Origin: Rhizophagus irregularis
Taxonomy: Eukaryota
Reading direction: 5' to 3'
Length of the DNA stretch: 64,000 nucleotides
Assembly: GCF_026210795.1 (NCBI RefSeq)
Contig: NC_089436.1
Location: 496,001-560,000, forward strand
Each line of letters opens with the position of its first letter. The stretch's first letter is position 1. The position numbers and the translations under genes are program-made. Positions 13,162 through 26,991 of this stretch are shown piece by piece. The notes below the pieces were generated by a model that searched no databases, had not been told where the DNA came from, and saw only the letters and a list, made by a program, of their open reading frames with translations.

Positions 13162-13204
13162 ATATCGCGGGCCATAGTACCGGGGGTATTATGGCCCGCG
13201 ATAT
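13162..13204. other. GC-rich 20-bp-stem hairpin upstream of the kinase pseudogene
   Basis: atatcgcgggccatagtacc-ggg-ggtattatggcccgcgatat, with one G-T pair. Confidence 0.8.
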
Positions 13205-13388
13205 CTGTTTTGAGTTATTCATTACTAAATCAAATTTGATTGGTTGATCTGGGCTCCGCAGACTTAATCGTTTATTAACCTAAACATAATAGAAATGCTA
13301 AAAATAGAACGCCTGTAGAAACTTATAAATAAGCCGAAAAAAATGAGTTTTATTCTTTATTTTTAAATAACATTGCGAATACTTTAAA

Positions 13389-14641
13389 ATGTCTGGATCC
13401 GGAATGACATATGATAAGTGTGTCGAATGTGCACGACAACGAAAAGCAGTAGCATGGTGTAGTGATTGCGATATTGCATTTTTAAAAGATAATTTTCGTA
13501 ATTGGTCTAGTGGAAACTCTAAAATAGATGAACTTATCAAACATACTCAGTTAAATGCTAAAGAGAGTATGGATTATCTTGAATGGATTGATTTTGACCA
13601 ATTCGACTTGATTGAAATATTAATAAACGAGGCGCTTTCAGCTCAATTTATTCAGCAGTATGGATGGAAGGCCCAAGATGGAATCTTGATGAGGAAGCCG
13701 AAATATGGACTCGTACTGGTCCAATTAAGGTTGCACTAAAGCGCTTAGATAATTCTCAAAATATGAGTCAGGAATTTATAAATCAAGTAAGTATAACAAA
13801 TAAAATTGTCTTATTGACGAATTTTAAGAACTATAAATTTTACTTGAATGGCCCTTCCAAGCGAATTTTAATAAATAACCATAATAACATTTTCTCTAAT
13901 ATAAACACTTATTAAAATTCATTTAATAAAAAATTTTAATTCAATTTTCTTTTTCTTTTTTACTTACTTACTTAAAAAAAAAAAGTTATACAGATATTAC
14001 AAATGCTTACAAAATGGGGCACTTGCAAATTGTTTCGGTATAACCAAAGATCCAGCATCGTGTTATATGTTCGTTTTAGGATATTATAAAAATGGTAACT
14101 TATATTCGTATCTCAATGAATCTATGGGAGTTCTTTACTGGAGAGATATACTGGATTACATGGACCTGCCGATAAACAAATATCTACACAAATTTACGGC
14201 GTAATACCTTTTGTTGCACCAGAGGTCTTTGATGGAAATACGCCGACCAAAGAATCAGATATCTATAGTTTTGGTATGATCATGTGGATACTATCAGCTG
14301 GGGTACGTCCTTATTGTGATAGACCTCATGATTCACAACTCGTTCAACAAATTTGCTCAGGATTAAGACCAAGTGTTATTAGTGGGACCCCACTTGTTTT
14401 CTCTAAATTAATGCTACAATGTTTAAATGCTAGTCCGTCAAGTAGACCAACGGCATCCCATATTTTCGAATATTTAGGAAATTGGATTTCCGATTTATCA
14501 AGCCAGTTTGATGATACTGATATTCCATTCGTAAATTTGGAAAAGTTAAGTCTTCAGTCCTCATTATGTCATGAAAATACCATCTATTATAGCCGTCCAT
14601 TAAGTTCCATCATTAGTTCATTACTCAATATTGAGTTATAA
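13389..14641 (+). pseudogene. TKL kinase pseudogene (frameshift plus internal deletion)
   Basis: CxxC-x9-CxxC and WSSGN..ID N-terminus. 1-bp frameshift near 13617, before NKRGAFSSIYSAVW. Intron 13787-13985. WRDI joins out of frame to GLHGPAD at about 14150, so the catalytic loop region is missing. APE and DIYS follow. Confidence 0.8.
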
Positions 14642-15374
14642 AACGTAAAATTACCATATCATTTTTTTTTTGTAAATTTACACATACAATAATACGTTTA
14701 AACAATTCTTTATTTATATTTAGAGAAATTACAATTAGAACAATTGATTTATTTCATTTAGCGCATATTCACACAATCGGAAATTTCGTTTCTTTATATC
14801 AATACTCGTTTTATTTTATTGATAAATCGGATTTTTTTCTCTAGAACCAAATCCGAATACCGGATTTGATAATAACATTTTAAGCCTATGCAATTATGCC
14901 GACAATTTAAGATTTTACGTGAAATAATCGAAATCGGAAATCACAAATAAACACTTTTTATATTAAAAATTTTTTGAGGTAGTAATAATTTACATAACAT
15001 TATAATTTATTATAAAATCGGAACTTTTATTTTTTAAAAAATTATATGTATATATATATATATTAGTACATAATTAGCATTAAGAAAACCATATATATGA
15101 AATAAAGAATAAATCCAAATATCAAACTTAAGCTGATATTGGGCAAAACGATGATCATGTCTATCAAAAATGATTGGTTAGATTGTGTTTGGAATTAATA
15201 TAACATGAAAACGGAGACTAATAAAAGTCCTCCGAAAAAATTATCATAAAAATACACTATCACGTGTATCAAAAATACACAACAAAAAAATTTCGTACAA
15301 GGACAAACTATTCGTAAGCTAAACTAAATCGCGAACCAAACCGCCATTACGACAGTGTCACCCTAGTGTAGAGA

Positions 15375-15410
15375 TATAGGGTGGTCCAACATAGTTGGGA
15401 CCACCCTATA
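15375..15410. mobile_element. Minimal foldback, probably a collapsed Tc1/mariner-like element
   Basis: tatagggtggtcc-aac-ata-gtt-gggaccaccctata; ends resemble TA-CAGGGTGGTCC-type TIRs. Confidence 0.5.
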
Positions 15411-15888
15411 CGGCTATACGCCTATACCTGCTCTCTAACCTATAACAAATCAGCTATAATAAAAATGATTCAAACCAATAAAATTAGCAGCAAGTGTGAT
15501 GACCTTTTAGAAATTTTAGTGGAATACGCAAGCTTTGAAGACTCAGATAAAGATACTTCAATATTTTCAGTATATTCAGGAAAATTTCACCACTTTTTAA
15601 GGATGTAATATAAATAGAATTTCCTAAATAAGATTATTTATTTGGAAATATTATTAATATGTGAACCCCTAAAAATAAATAACAGATCATACACGAAATC
15701 TTTTTTTACACTTTAATCACGAACTTTTTATTGAAAATATGTCTAATAGCGAAGTAAGAAAAAAGCAAAAACAGGGTAGAATAGATTTTTTTTTTTTTTA
15801 AGTTTTAGTTAATTTCAGTGTATAAAATTTCTCAAATAATGTTTTAAATAAAAATAATCTAAATTTTCAATGTTCGTCGCACATGTCG

Positions 15889-15998
15889 CAGTGATTTATA
15901 TATAAAATCCGGTATATCGAAATTTTGATATATCGGAAGTCTCGATATACTGGATATTTTTACTGGAACGGATGGTTCCGTTATATCGAATTTCACTG
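15889..15998. mobile_element. Degenerate pogo/Tigger-like MITE
   Basis: Starts cagtga and ends cgttatatcgaatttcactg, with internal gatata/tatatc subterminal repeats. Confidence 0.5.
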
Positions 15999-16520
15999 TG
16001 TAGTTTTAAATCGATAAAAGAATTTGAATATTTGGATTCATATTTATTGAACAAATTAAACGTTTACCGGATCATTTAAAAATGTCGCAAAAATCCCTTT
16101 CTACTTTAAGTATATATTCATACAGTAGCTGTTAGATTTTTTGCCAAATAATAGAGAGTATGATGTGTAACATATGTTGGTTTATGCTAAAGATTAATTG
16201 AAAAAGAAAAAATTGATATAGCATATGGAGATATTATTATTGAATAATGATTTTAGAAGAAATATTTTACATAACGTTTGTGACTCCTCGTGAATGACGC
16301 CAAAAAGAAAAAACAGATAAAACGAACCATTGTTATTTTACATTTTTATTTATACACTCTCATTTGTGATTAAATTATAATTTTCAAAATTGCAAATAAA
16401 AAAAATTATATAGGTGTAAGATTTCCCTCACATTTCACCACACACCCAATCCGCTAGCATGGAAGACAAGGATCAAATTCTTAAATTATGAGATCGAATA
16501 TACAATAATATGTATATAAG

Positions 16521-16630
16521 CAGTGATGTGCATTGGAAGCTTCCAATAACTTTTTATTGGAATTGGGAGGCTTGGAATTGGAAGAATTGGAAGATTCTAA
16601 TAGCTTCCAATCTTCCAATGTATGTAAGTG
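16521..16630. mobile_element. Small hAT-like MITE remnant with TTGGAAG/CTTCCAA subrepeats
   Basis: cagtgatgtgcattggaag at the left and cttccaatgta at the right, with several ttggaa repeats between them. Confidence 0.4.
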
Positions 16631-16885
16631 TCAACCAATCAATTATAGATCAAAGATCTTAAGATTATTGGCTAAGTTATATACCATGTGATCCGATTTT
16701 ATATGATTATGTAACGATTGTAACGCGTTTCTTTAAAATTAGCGTTCGAAATTTTCATAAAAGTATAACAGCTCTTTCTTAACTAAGATTCGCTGTATAT
16801 GTAGCATATGCAGGATGTGTTGAGTTGTGAACTTTGTAGTGCAGTAAAAAAATGAATATTTAAAAGTTGACGACTGAATCTTTAA

Positions 16886-18240
16886 ATGTGGGGTTGTGCC
16901 GTTTGTGGACTGCAAAATTCCAAGGAAAAGTTTCGAAAATTAACTTTAGAAGCACTTGCAAAAGTGCAAACTAGTTCTACAGTGTCTTTATTGACAGTTC
17001 AATTGCAAGATGATCAACTTTGTATAAACATTATAATGAACTTGTTTCCTATAAATGAAACATATTAAAAATGTGTTGACAAAGATTTATCATACAAAGG
17101 AGCAAAAAGAATTTGTTTAAGAGAAGAAGTGTATCATGATTTGTTAAATAATACACACAATCTAGAGATTTTAGAGCAACGTGTTAAAGTCTTAAAATTG
17201 GAATTAACTAAATTACAGGAGTCTTCAACTAATGGTAATGTTAAATACTAGCGTTAGTATATAGCATTATTATTAATAACGTTAAATATAAATAGAACCT
17301 GTAAAATTTTCACAGTTCTTTGGTGATCAAGTAGCTCGCGTGACCAATATATTTTATCGTCCGATAAAGTTTGTGGAGCCAATTGAAAGACAGGATATCG
17401 ATTTTTTGATACCATACAACAAAACAAATACTTAGGCAAAAAGTGATGATATTATGCTCAGCATTACGTAATAAGCAAGTTGGTGGAACGAAAACAGCAA
17501 TAGGACTTCTTATGGAACCTCGAAAAAATGTCGTCAACACTTTAGCTAATATGGGAAAGAGTTCAACGTATCAAACTGTTTATAGTATGTTTAAAAAAAT
17601 GCGGAAAATCATAAACACATATATTAACAGTCATTTAAGTTTATTCTTAATTATTTAAAGTTTTTTTTTAAAAAAAAAATTGCGATTTTAACATATTTTA
17701 TTATACATGTATATATAGTTTAATAATCTTATTGGCTGCATTGTTGACCGTAACATCAATTTCACAAATATCACTATGGCGACCATATTATTCAATAATG
17801 TTAAAGTAACTCCTATTCCTATATTTCTTCAAGTAATACTTCTATACATAATCCTAATGGAGTTGATGCCACTATTTTAAAGACTATACTGAAAATTATA
17901 TAACTTCATTTAATAAATTAAGAGTATTTTTAAATTGTCACAATTAATAATTTTTAAACTTAAAAAGGCAGTAAAGGTAGAATTGTGATTCACTTTTGCT
18001 TTTTATAATAAAAATTGGCAAAAATTGAAAAATTTAATTACGAATTGTGATAATAAATTTATATATATATAAAAACTAACTTATATTTACCATGAGCTAC
18101 AATTCATTGAAAACCCATTTGACTCAATTCAAGACATTACTACTGCGAATGAGTCAAGTCTTTTGGAATCATTAACAGTACATTCATATGATCTGGTCTT
18201 TTTTGAAAGATATGGACGCAACTTGTTGATCTTATCGAAT
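16886..18240 (+). pseudogene. Decayed multi-exon gene of a Glomeromycotina putative-transposase family (DUF6589-like), N-terminal part
   Basis: Fragments CAVC..FRKLT..QLC, MILCSALRNKQVGGTKTAIGLLM..VNTLANMG, IGCI..MATIL and LTVHSYD, with many stops and frameshifts. Family assignment is from motif recall only. Confidence 0.4.
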
Positions 18241-20044
18241 TAAATCATAAAAATACATCTCTCTCTCCTATCTGCTTGAAACCTTAATACAATATATTAT
18301 TATACCTTTATAACCGATCCAACACTATGTTTGATTTTAACAATTCCTTTAGCTTCAGCCACAGCAAGTAATGGGCGAGCGCATTTGGATCAACAGACCA
18401 CACGCAGCAATATTCTAAAGCGTATACAAAATAATTTATACTTAATATATCATATAAATTTGATTTAAACAATCTACATTGTTGATATCCTAATCCATTA
18501 TCCAGCTTCATTTGTCCCAATCATCGATTATCCGGATGAATAAAATATATATGACTAGCAACGCAAACAACAAGATTAAATTCACAATCACCTCAATCAA
18601 ATGGTAAAGCTTGAAGTTGCTTTCCTACAAATGCAGCCACAACCGTCAATTAGTTCCTACCATCACATCTCGGTATTTCAGCTTTTCTTCGTATGAATAT
18701 ACTGCTTCTATTTACATATTCGTGTAAAACTTCGGAAGTATGTTTTGGTAGATATGACAAGTAAATTTTATTAGAATATTACTATTAATATACTCTCTGA
18801 CTGAAAAAGGTTTAGATTTCAATCATATAATGCGCTAAGCCACTAATTAATCCCATCTAACTCTTAAATTTCATTTAAAACTCTTTTTCTAAAAATATAC
18901 AGTATGAATGAACACTCTTTCTAGTAGAGATAAATCATGTGACACTAACTGATTTCCATGATTCAAAGTTAATTAAAAAAAAATTCACATCATTACACCA
19001 AGAAAGGCCGCGAGGTATTTTCTACGATCATCATTACTACAGTTCTTGTATGTTTCAAATAAGCCATTTAAAGATAACTTCCCGGTCAGAGAAGTTGATC
19101 AAATTGGCAATCGAAATACATGGGTAAATCCACCTTGATCATTAAGCACATGTTCGATTCTTTGATCATTCGTACGCTAAACGTTAGAACTTCTTGTCCC
19201 TCTAAAAGAAATTTTTAGCAACATTACAGTTCAAATAGTTTCAAAATAAAAATACTGATAAATTATAAATCTCTTTTTATTGGAAATGGGAAATAATATA
19301 CTTACGAAAACAAAGCGCCCTCTCCAAATCTACTTTCGAAACTGTACTTTCGACTCCTGTTAGTCTACTTTCAACTCCGTCTACTTTTGAATTCACCCGG
19401 ATTCCACCTGATTTGTCCCCTATTTGACATCGTTAGATCAGTGTTAGGAGAAAACAATCATGCACGCGCGTTACGAATTGTCCGATCACCTACAAGAAAA
19501 ATAATTTTTTATTTCTGTAAATAGAATAAATTACAAGTTAGGGACAGAGAAGAAAAAATGTCGCTACAGAATCATCTACATACGTTATAAGTGTACGAGC
19601 GATCACTTACATCATAATAAATGTCGGTAACAATGGAGAATTTGCTAATGTAACTGCTGCATTTGCTGAGATTCGTGCATAGTCATCGAGATCTGAAAAT
19701 ATTAGACGCAATCAATTGTACCATTGTTCTGGTTACAATAGTTGCCTACTTTCGACTCCTGTTAGTCTTGCAAAATCTGAATGTATAGTACTTCGTAAAC
19801 TCGTAAACTCGTATACTTTCCAATACACAATTTTCTTTATTTTCATAATATTCATAATTTAATTAATCTATGATTTCTTATAATTTTTAATATGGGTACT
19901 GTTATTTATATTAAAAATGATGTGACTTAGCATCCATCTATTGGCTAATTTTCACGAGACGAACAGCCAATAATTTTTACCACAAAATTTGATAAACAGA
20001 CCCGTAAAAAAATACTACTTTTAAAAGTATTAATTATGTAATAA

Positions 20045-20206
20045 CAGTCAACTCTCCCTTGGGACTGGATAAAAGCGTGCGATTACAAAGGGTGTTCATT
20101 TATAAAGAGTAAATAATTAGAGGTCATATATACTTGGGACTGAATCAAAGTGTGCATTTAAGAAGGGAATGCACTTATAAGTAGTGCATTTATGGAGAGT
20201 TGACTG
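20045..20206. mobile_element. pogo/Tc1-type MITE with 13-bp TIRs
   Basis: cagtcaactctcc ... ggagagttgactg-TA, with internal cttgggactg duplicated. Confidence 0.7.
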
Positions 20207-20739
20207 TAATACCCTATATAATACATAAATAACTATACAATAAACTATACAGTAACCTGTATAATAACTACAAAATATCCAAAAAAAATACTTGTAACTC
20301 CACCATTACACCTATTAAAAGAAAAATTCCAACGTATTTTTAGTATGATACAAATCGTGCTAGTAAATTTTGATAACAATTTGAAATATCACACAATGGC
20401 TGTTGCGTAGGAGGTATTTGAATCCGATTTTATGCAAAAGTTATTTTATTATTAGTATAAATTTATTTTACAGATACTTAATATTTTTCACTCAATTGTT
20501 TTATAGATATTTGTCGTTTCTACATTATCAAATTCACAGTCTTCAGGCTGTTTCTCTCAAATTCATCATTTATATCTTCAACCGATTGTTATATAACTGT
20601 GTTAATTCATCAATAGAAGTAGTTAAGTAAGAATAGCAATGTGACATCGAAGACCTAGTTTTGAAAGCATTCTTCATTATATGCATGGCCGCATATTAAT
20701 ACTACTCCATTTCACGGTGGTACTGCTGAATGATATCCA

Positions 20740-21400
20740 ACCGTTCTTCTACATATTTTTAATTAGTTACCAGCCCGCATGTGCCAAATATAATAGTAAA
20801 GTATTCTTCATGGCTTTGGTTTCTTTTAATTCCAAATACTCTTAATACTAAGAAAACAGATTCTCTAATATTAAGTGAAAGATGCCAAGGTCCCAAAAAT
20901 GGTAACAAATGAGTAATCTCTTTTGGAATATTGAGTTATCCGTTTTTACAATGGCTTTTCTAATGTAGACAGTCTGTTCTATAAACTAGCCACCCGAAAG
21001 TTTTTCTCGTCTTTCTACGAACTACGAGTACCCTTTTATTTTCTATTTGATTAATTTTAATATGACTGAAATTGAAGTAGTAGCAATATTTGGTGTTGGG
21101 GACTATGTTTGGGTGCCGTGGAGTATTATTATTAATTCTATTTCAATAAAAGTTAAAAACGAGCTGTCCAGGAAAATCCGCAGGAATAGGAATGACATAA
21201 TTATTCAAATATGCTTGTATTTCAGGTAGTCTGTTGTGCATTTTAAATACATTAACGTTAGTTATATTTTATTTTTAATATAGCCAAATGCATTTAGACT
21301 AACTCAATAAAGCTCTTTATAGCATGTTGGTGAATTATTTTAATTAAGGCTGCTTGTTTGACCAAATATTTCGTTAAATTTATTCCCATAGGTTCTTACA
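20740..21400 (-). pseudogene. Second decayed fragment of the same putative-transposase family, opposite orientation
   Basis: Minus strand reads NIPKEITHLLPFLGPWHLSLNIRESVF..FGIKRKPKP*RI..LYLAHAGW, plus an upstream fragment LIKIIHQHAIK. Confidence 0.45.
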
Positions 21401-24305
21401 GGATATGATGATGTAAGTTAGATATAATTCAATTTATTTGATTAACTTTATAATAATGGATTTTTATAGTTAAATTTATAATTTTTAGTAAATGTAGGGA
21501 TTAACGAAATTAAATTTCACCCAAGATGATTCATCGTGAACCAGTTTTGAGCGTCGTAATGTTTCTACGTTTGTCATTGAGAAACTCTTCTCATAGATGA
21601 ATAATTATAAGAATTGTTACTTCTGGAATGATTTACGCAGTGGAAATGTAAAGCCAATAATTAGACATGCAATAGAATCATCATCCAATCCAATATCGTC
21701 GTCATCATGTCATCACTGCCAGGACAAAAAAAAAAATTAATAAATGTTGGCAACCGGTGCTTGTGCATTATACTATATACTATCTGCTGCTGATACGACG
21801 TTGTGTTATGGATGCCTGATGTAGAATTAATAGCGTTTGATAATTCTAACATCACGACAGTAATCGCAGGTGGATCAACTGCCCCTAGTAAAGTAAGAAC
21901 TTATGATATGACCATTAATTTTATTTAATATATTAAATGATTTCTGATATTTTAATAACACATCGAATTTAACTTTCTAGTAACGAACGAGTTTCGATAT
22001 AATTTGTGAATTGGAATTTAATCATTGAAATTTCATATGATTATCGAATGCTTGCAACGGGAATCAAAGTAGAGCAGATTTATTTATGGGTATTCCATAT
22101 TATATTGTCGACTATATTGAAAAGAAAAAGGCAAAAAGTTCGGGAATAGAGGAGAAAAAGCTGTTGTAAAAAAAAGAAAAGAGGTACTTTTGTTGTTAAT
22201 AAAAGACTAGTGATCTTATTGGTGCATTAGCAAATGGAAGTAGTTCTCGCGCGGGTGAAAGTGCAATTATTGAGAAATCTATTATCCTTGATTCAGATTC
22301 ATGTGAAAACACTATTCAACAAGTTTTCAAAAATAGATAAGATAGTAGCAATTTGTGATGACGGTACGATTTGGTGTTGGAAATCGAATATTGATACAAA
22401 GTTTCAAGAATTAATCAATTGATAAAGTAGTAGTAAGGAATTATAGACAAATAAATATGCATCACAGTTAGTATACGAAAAGTATAATTAAATTGTTTAC
22501 TGTGATATTTGAAGGTTGTTAAATAATTATAATATACGATATTTACGGTATATGTAATTATAAATATAATAAAATATCTGTGTCTTTTTAGTTTTCATTA
22601 TTTATTCCCTTGATTTGAAAATTACAACTTTTTATTTATTACTGAATTAACTTCAACACTCTTTAAGCTAGTATTTTATTTATTCTAATGCCTTAATAAT
22701 ATTTAATCCAAAGTTCTTTCTACAAAATCTTTAGATGAAGAATGTAAATGAGATTATCAAGTGGGTATTTTGAAAATAAACTGTTTATGCTCATGTTCCG
22801 CTTTTTTAGTTGAAAATTATTTTTCTTTTTCTATGTTGGATTTTTCTTTGTTGGTTATGACATTTATAATGCTTCACGTTTCTTCTTTTTCGGTCGAAGA
22901 TAGTTCTTCTCTTACTCTATTAACTGATACACAAATTAATAAAGGTTAAATTGCAAAAAAAGCTTCACTTCTCCATAGTTATCTATTTCTCCAAAGCCTC
23001 TTCGTTCTTTTATGGTATCTCTAAGTAAGAATAATTATTTTAAACATAAATAAATCTCTTGATCATGTTCTATAATATCTTTTAATTCTTCTAATTCCAA
23101 TTTCATTACCGTTTTCATAGTTCATTAACATTGAGCAGCATGTCGCCATAGGCTTTATTTTCTAGACGGTTAATCAATTCTTTTTGATGCCTCTTGTAGC
23201 CTCACGCCTCTCAACTTTTTTTGATGCCAACAAGTTTCGGTCTTTTGGAGAATTTAAATCAAAATGATTAAATTAAAAAATAAGCAATATTAGAAAAAGC
23301 AATGAATATAATTACCGATCCTTCAGATCTTAATTTTTTCATCCGTACTAAATATTGTTATAGATCAAAGTATGAATCGCCAATACATTAATTCATTATC
23401 AATCTATAATAAATTTGTCAATACAAAGAAATCTGATTTTAATATTAGAACGTGTTATGAAAGTTTAAAATCGAAAGATAATATAAAAGTTTAATATACC
23501 TATTATAATGATGTTAGTTAACCACATTCCCACATTTTAGATGAAATACTTTCAATTCGGAACTTTTTGTAAAAAAAATAAATTACACCTAAAAAACATC
23601 AAAAATTATTAAACATGAAAAAATAGTATAAAAAAAAAACAAGTTTTAAAAAAATTAATACCATTAACCTCTTGAATTGAAAATTAACTAAAAGTGCATG
23701 ATTGTCTGTTACAAATAAAGGAAAAAAATTATTGATGGAAAGCCCATTAAAAACTAGAAGTAACAATTATTTAAATTTATATGAAATTGTGAACCAGCTA
23801 AACGCCCAAATATTCCGGAAATTGTTTCAACTCTAAAATAATCATCTTTGGAGATGCGTACAATTATTGATCCACTCATCGAATTAAATTCAGACTAAAT
23901 ATTAATCGTTATTTAAATCTGTGGTAGTGATGGATTAAATATTAATAGTGATGTTTCAGTATCTTCAGATAAAGGAACCGTGAACTTAAAAAATAAATTA
24001 ATACCATCAAGTGATAAATTAATATAATAGCACGGTCTGAATTTAAATCAGATCTATTGACGAAAATTGAAAAGGAATTTTGGTTCACTATTTATAACTA
24101 AATTTATGTCACGTGACGTTTCACGTCTAATTATTTTTATCTTCGAGATTAAACTATAAATTATTAATTCTCACCCGCCCAATTCTAAAAAAAAAATTAA
24201 TAACTATTATAAATTATCTGTGAATTTATTATAAATGATAAAACAGTACTCAATTTTTTATACACCTCTTTTCTTTTATATATATGTTGTGCGTCAAATG
24301 CGATT

Positions 24306-24404
24306 TGCGTCAGATGACGCCGGCCTACATTATCAGCCCAATATTATAGTAATGCCTTAAGTGGTTGACCGGCATTACTAGGCCGATCTTCGGCATCTGA
24401 CGCA
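24306..24404. other. Nested GC-rich foldback
   Basis: Outer pair tgcgtcagatg/catctgacgca, plus cggccta/taggccg and tagtaatgcc/ggcattacta, which overlap and so form alternative stems. Confidence 0.65.
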
Positions 24405-24471
24405 GAAAGTGATTATACTTATAAATCTTCTTGCAAATGAGGAACGTTGAGCAAAATCATAATATTAACTT

Positions 24472-24584
24472 CCATTCACGGAAAATGTAAATAATTTGAT
24501 AAATTTCGTGATATAAGGTTATTAATTCTGCCTTTTACGGAAAAAAGATGGAATATAAAAAACGGGTCAACTTTTTTTACAGGG
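24472..24584. mobile_element. Partial copy of the CCCTGTAAAAAA-TIR MITE family
   Basis: Ends ttttttacaggg. The interior (gatggaatataaaaaacgg, aaggttattaat) is the reverse complement of 45956-46050. Confidence 0.7.
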
Positions 24585-26543
24585 CAAAAGTTACAACTTA
24601 CTTGAAGATTACAATATTTGTTTAGATTATAATACGATCTATTTCCGTTTTATTACAACGAATATGGAACAATCAGTAAACTTATTCCAGAATCGCAGCT
24701 TATTTTTTAAATTTCTCGATATAAAATGGCTGACACCGTACTGCCTGTCAGTTATGATCCACGAATGAATTAGGTTGTGAGTTAAAACATTATGAAAAAC
24801 CATTAACAATCACGATATAGGCAAAAAATTTAGAATTACCTCATTTACCAAAATCAAAAAAAATTCTGATTTAACTTATTTAACTTGTAGTTGCTGGCTT
24901 GTATGCATATATCCTTCCTCCAAACAAAGTCTAATTTAACCGATTAGTAAGATGCTATAAAATAATGTAAAAATTACCGAACTCAATATTCGTTGACACT
25001 GAACTTTGATAAAAATTTTTCACTAAAAAAAATTTTTAGTTATTACCAGATGACCAACTATTGCCAATATCCGATATATTGTATTTTGCTACAAAAAAAA
25101 AATATGTTATCAAAATTTATTCAGTTTTAATCATCTTTTTCCATTAAATTATAATAAAAACTTTGCAAAGTTCAAGACAAAATTTAGCATTTCAATGAAA
25201 TAATAGACATGCTTGATAAATCCCGCCTTAAAATTTCGCGTTTATAAATTATCACTTATACACTCACTCACCTTTAATGTAATTATAAAACGTAATTTTA
25301 CAGTATCAAGAATCAAAATATGATTTCTCAAAAAATTAGAAGTTAATAAGTTACCCATATGTAATCGGATCCTTAAATCAAACTAAGGCGGTTCATCCGG
25401 TTTAAAAAAATCCGGTTTACAGCAAATTTCAGGGCACCTGGTCACAGCGCCAAAAGGTATTTGGTAAAACTCGGGAAAGCATAGAATAAGGCAAAAACTA
25501 GATTATTAGATTCGGAACACTGATCTGAGTGTCTGAGTGCAGTGATGTACTACTACTGTACAGTGGTTTATATTTTATTCCGAGTTTCTCTTGGCATGAT
25601 GTAAATTTGAATTTATTACTGTAATCAGGCCTTTTATTTTAACCGGATATAAAATTTGAATTTAATAAATTCGGGGTAGCATTTAATCGATATTGGGATT
25701 CTATACCTGGTTGAGTTCATTTGTTAAATATAGCCTGTATCCAACTGAATTTATCTAGAATCCTTTAATAATAAAGCAAAAAATTCTTTTATTAAAAAAT
25801 TCAGAGCATTTAATACAAGCCAATCAAATTAACTCATTAGACACGCCACGAAAATTGACATGTAAATCACAAATGTATTAATTCAAATTAAAGTCCGATT
25901 TTATAAATGAACCAATCAAATCTAGATCCAAATTTCGAATACAAATTCAGTTAAAAAAGTTGAAATATTTTTGAAACTTTTCACTGAAATTCCTAGTTCG
26001 AAATCCAAATTTCATTTTGAATTTTCAATCCGGTTAAAAATATAGATCAAAATATCCAATGTGAAATTTTTTTCAAATATTCTGAAAGACGAAATCAATT
26101 TCGTCCAATCCATTAAAGCGAAGGCTATCTAACAAAAATTTCGGCCAAAATAAATAATTTTCTAATTCCGGCCAAAATTAACTATAATTCTGGCCATGGT
26201 TTCTGGGTTGTGACTTGTGAGCGCCCTAACAAAGTTATTTTAAATATTTTTTTTTTTAAAAAAAAAAAAATTCTGAATTGTATCAAGTAATTTATTAGAT
26301 GATATAACATCATTTGCATTATTATATAGAATAATTAAATCATATACCTTAAATATTTATATTCTGAAAAAACTTTTGATATTTTCGGGTTTTTCCAGAA
26401 CAAATTGTGAGAAGAACGAAACTAGATGTCCAAATAATTAGAAAAGTTACTTGACCTCAAATTAGAAGACTTAGAAATGAAATGTTTATTTTCGCTGGAG
26501 CTGCAAATTAAGAAAAACCGGCCGAGTTAAACAAAGATCAAAC

Positions 26544-26973
26544 AGGACCCCGGATAATTATAATTGAGGTCATATCTTACTATGTTTTAAACTTTATTTT
26601 TCTTTTAACATGTAATTTTATTAAGTTAATATTATTTTTTACCATAGAAAAAAATGTTTCTTTTGAAGAGAAGAATCTTTTGATACCAAAATCTTGTAAA
26701 TCTACTGATTAGAATTTGAGATAAGTATCGTTACACAGGCAAAATTTGGCAAAAAAATATACGCTTTTTCACTATCGGTATACATAGAAATATACAAAAA
26801 AATAAAAATCACTATTATTAAATATTACTTTTTAAGTAACAAAATTATAGATAATAGGAGGGCAATTATTATTACAAAGTTTTGTATCTATAGCTTTAAA
26901 AGTAAGTTCAGGATGACAAGGGTAAATTTTTAGCATAGAAGATATGACCTTAATTATAATTGTCCGGGGTCCT
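26544..26973. mobile_element. 430-bp MITE with about 45-bp TIRs and perfect 8-bp TSD (GATCAAAC)
   Basis: gatcaaac-aggaccccggataattataattgaggtcatatctt ... aagatatgaccttaattataattgtccggggtcct-gatcaaac. An alternative reading gives CAGG..CCTG ends with a 6-bp TSD. Confidence 0.9.
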
Positions 26974-26991
26974 GATCAAACTCGACTGTTA

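Noticed and set aside
18308..19340. Identifiable gene on the minus strand
   Set aside because: Coding-like composition but many stops and no motif I could recognise.
21661..23700. Intact genes
   Set aside because: Only scattered exon-like debris; no consistent spliced ORF could be built.
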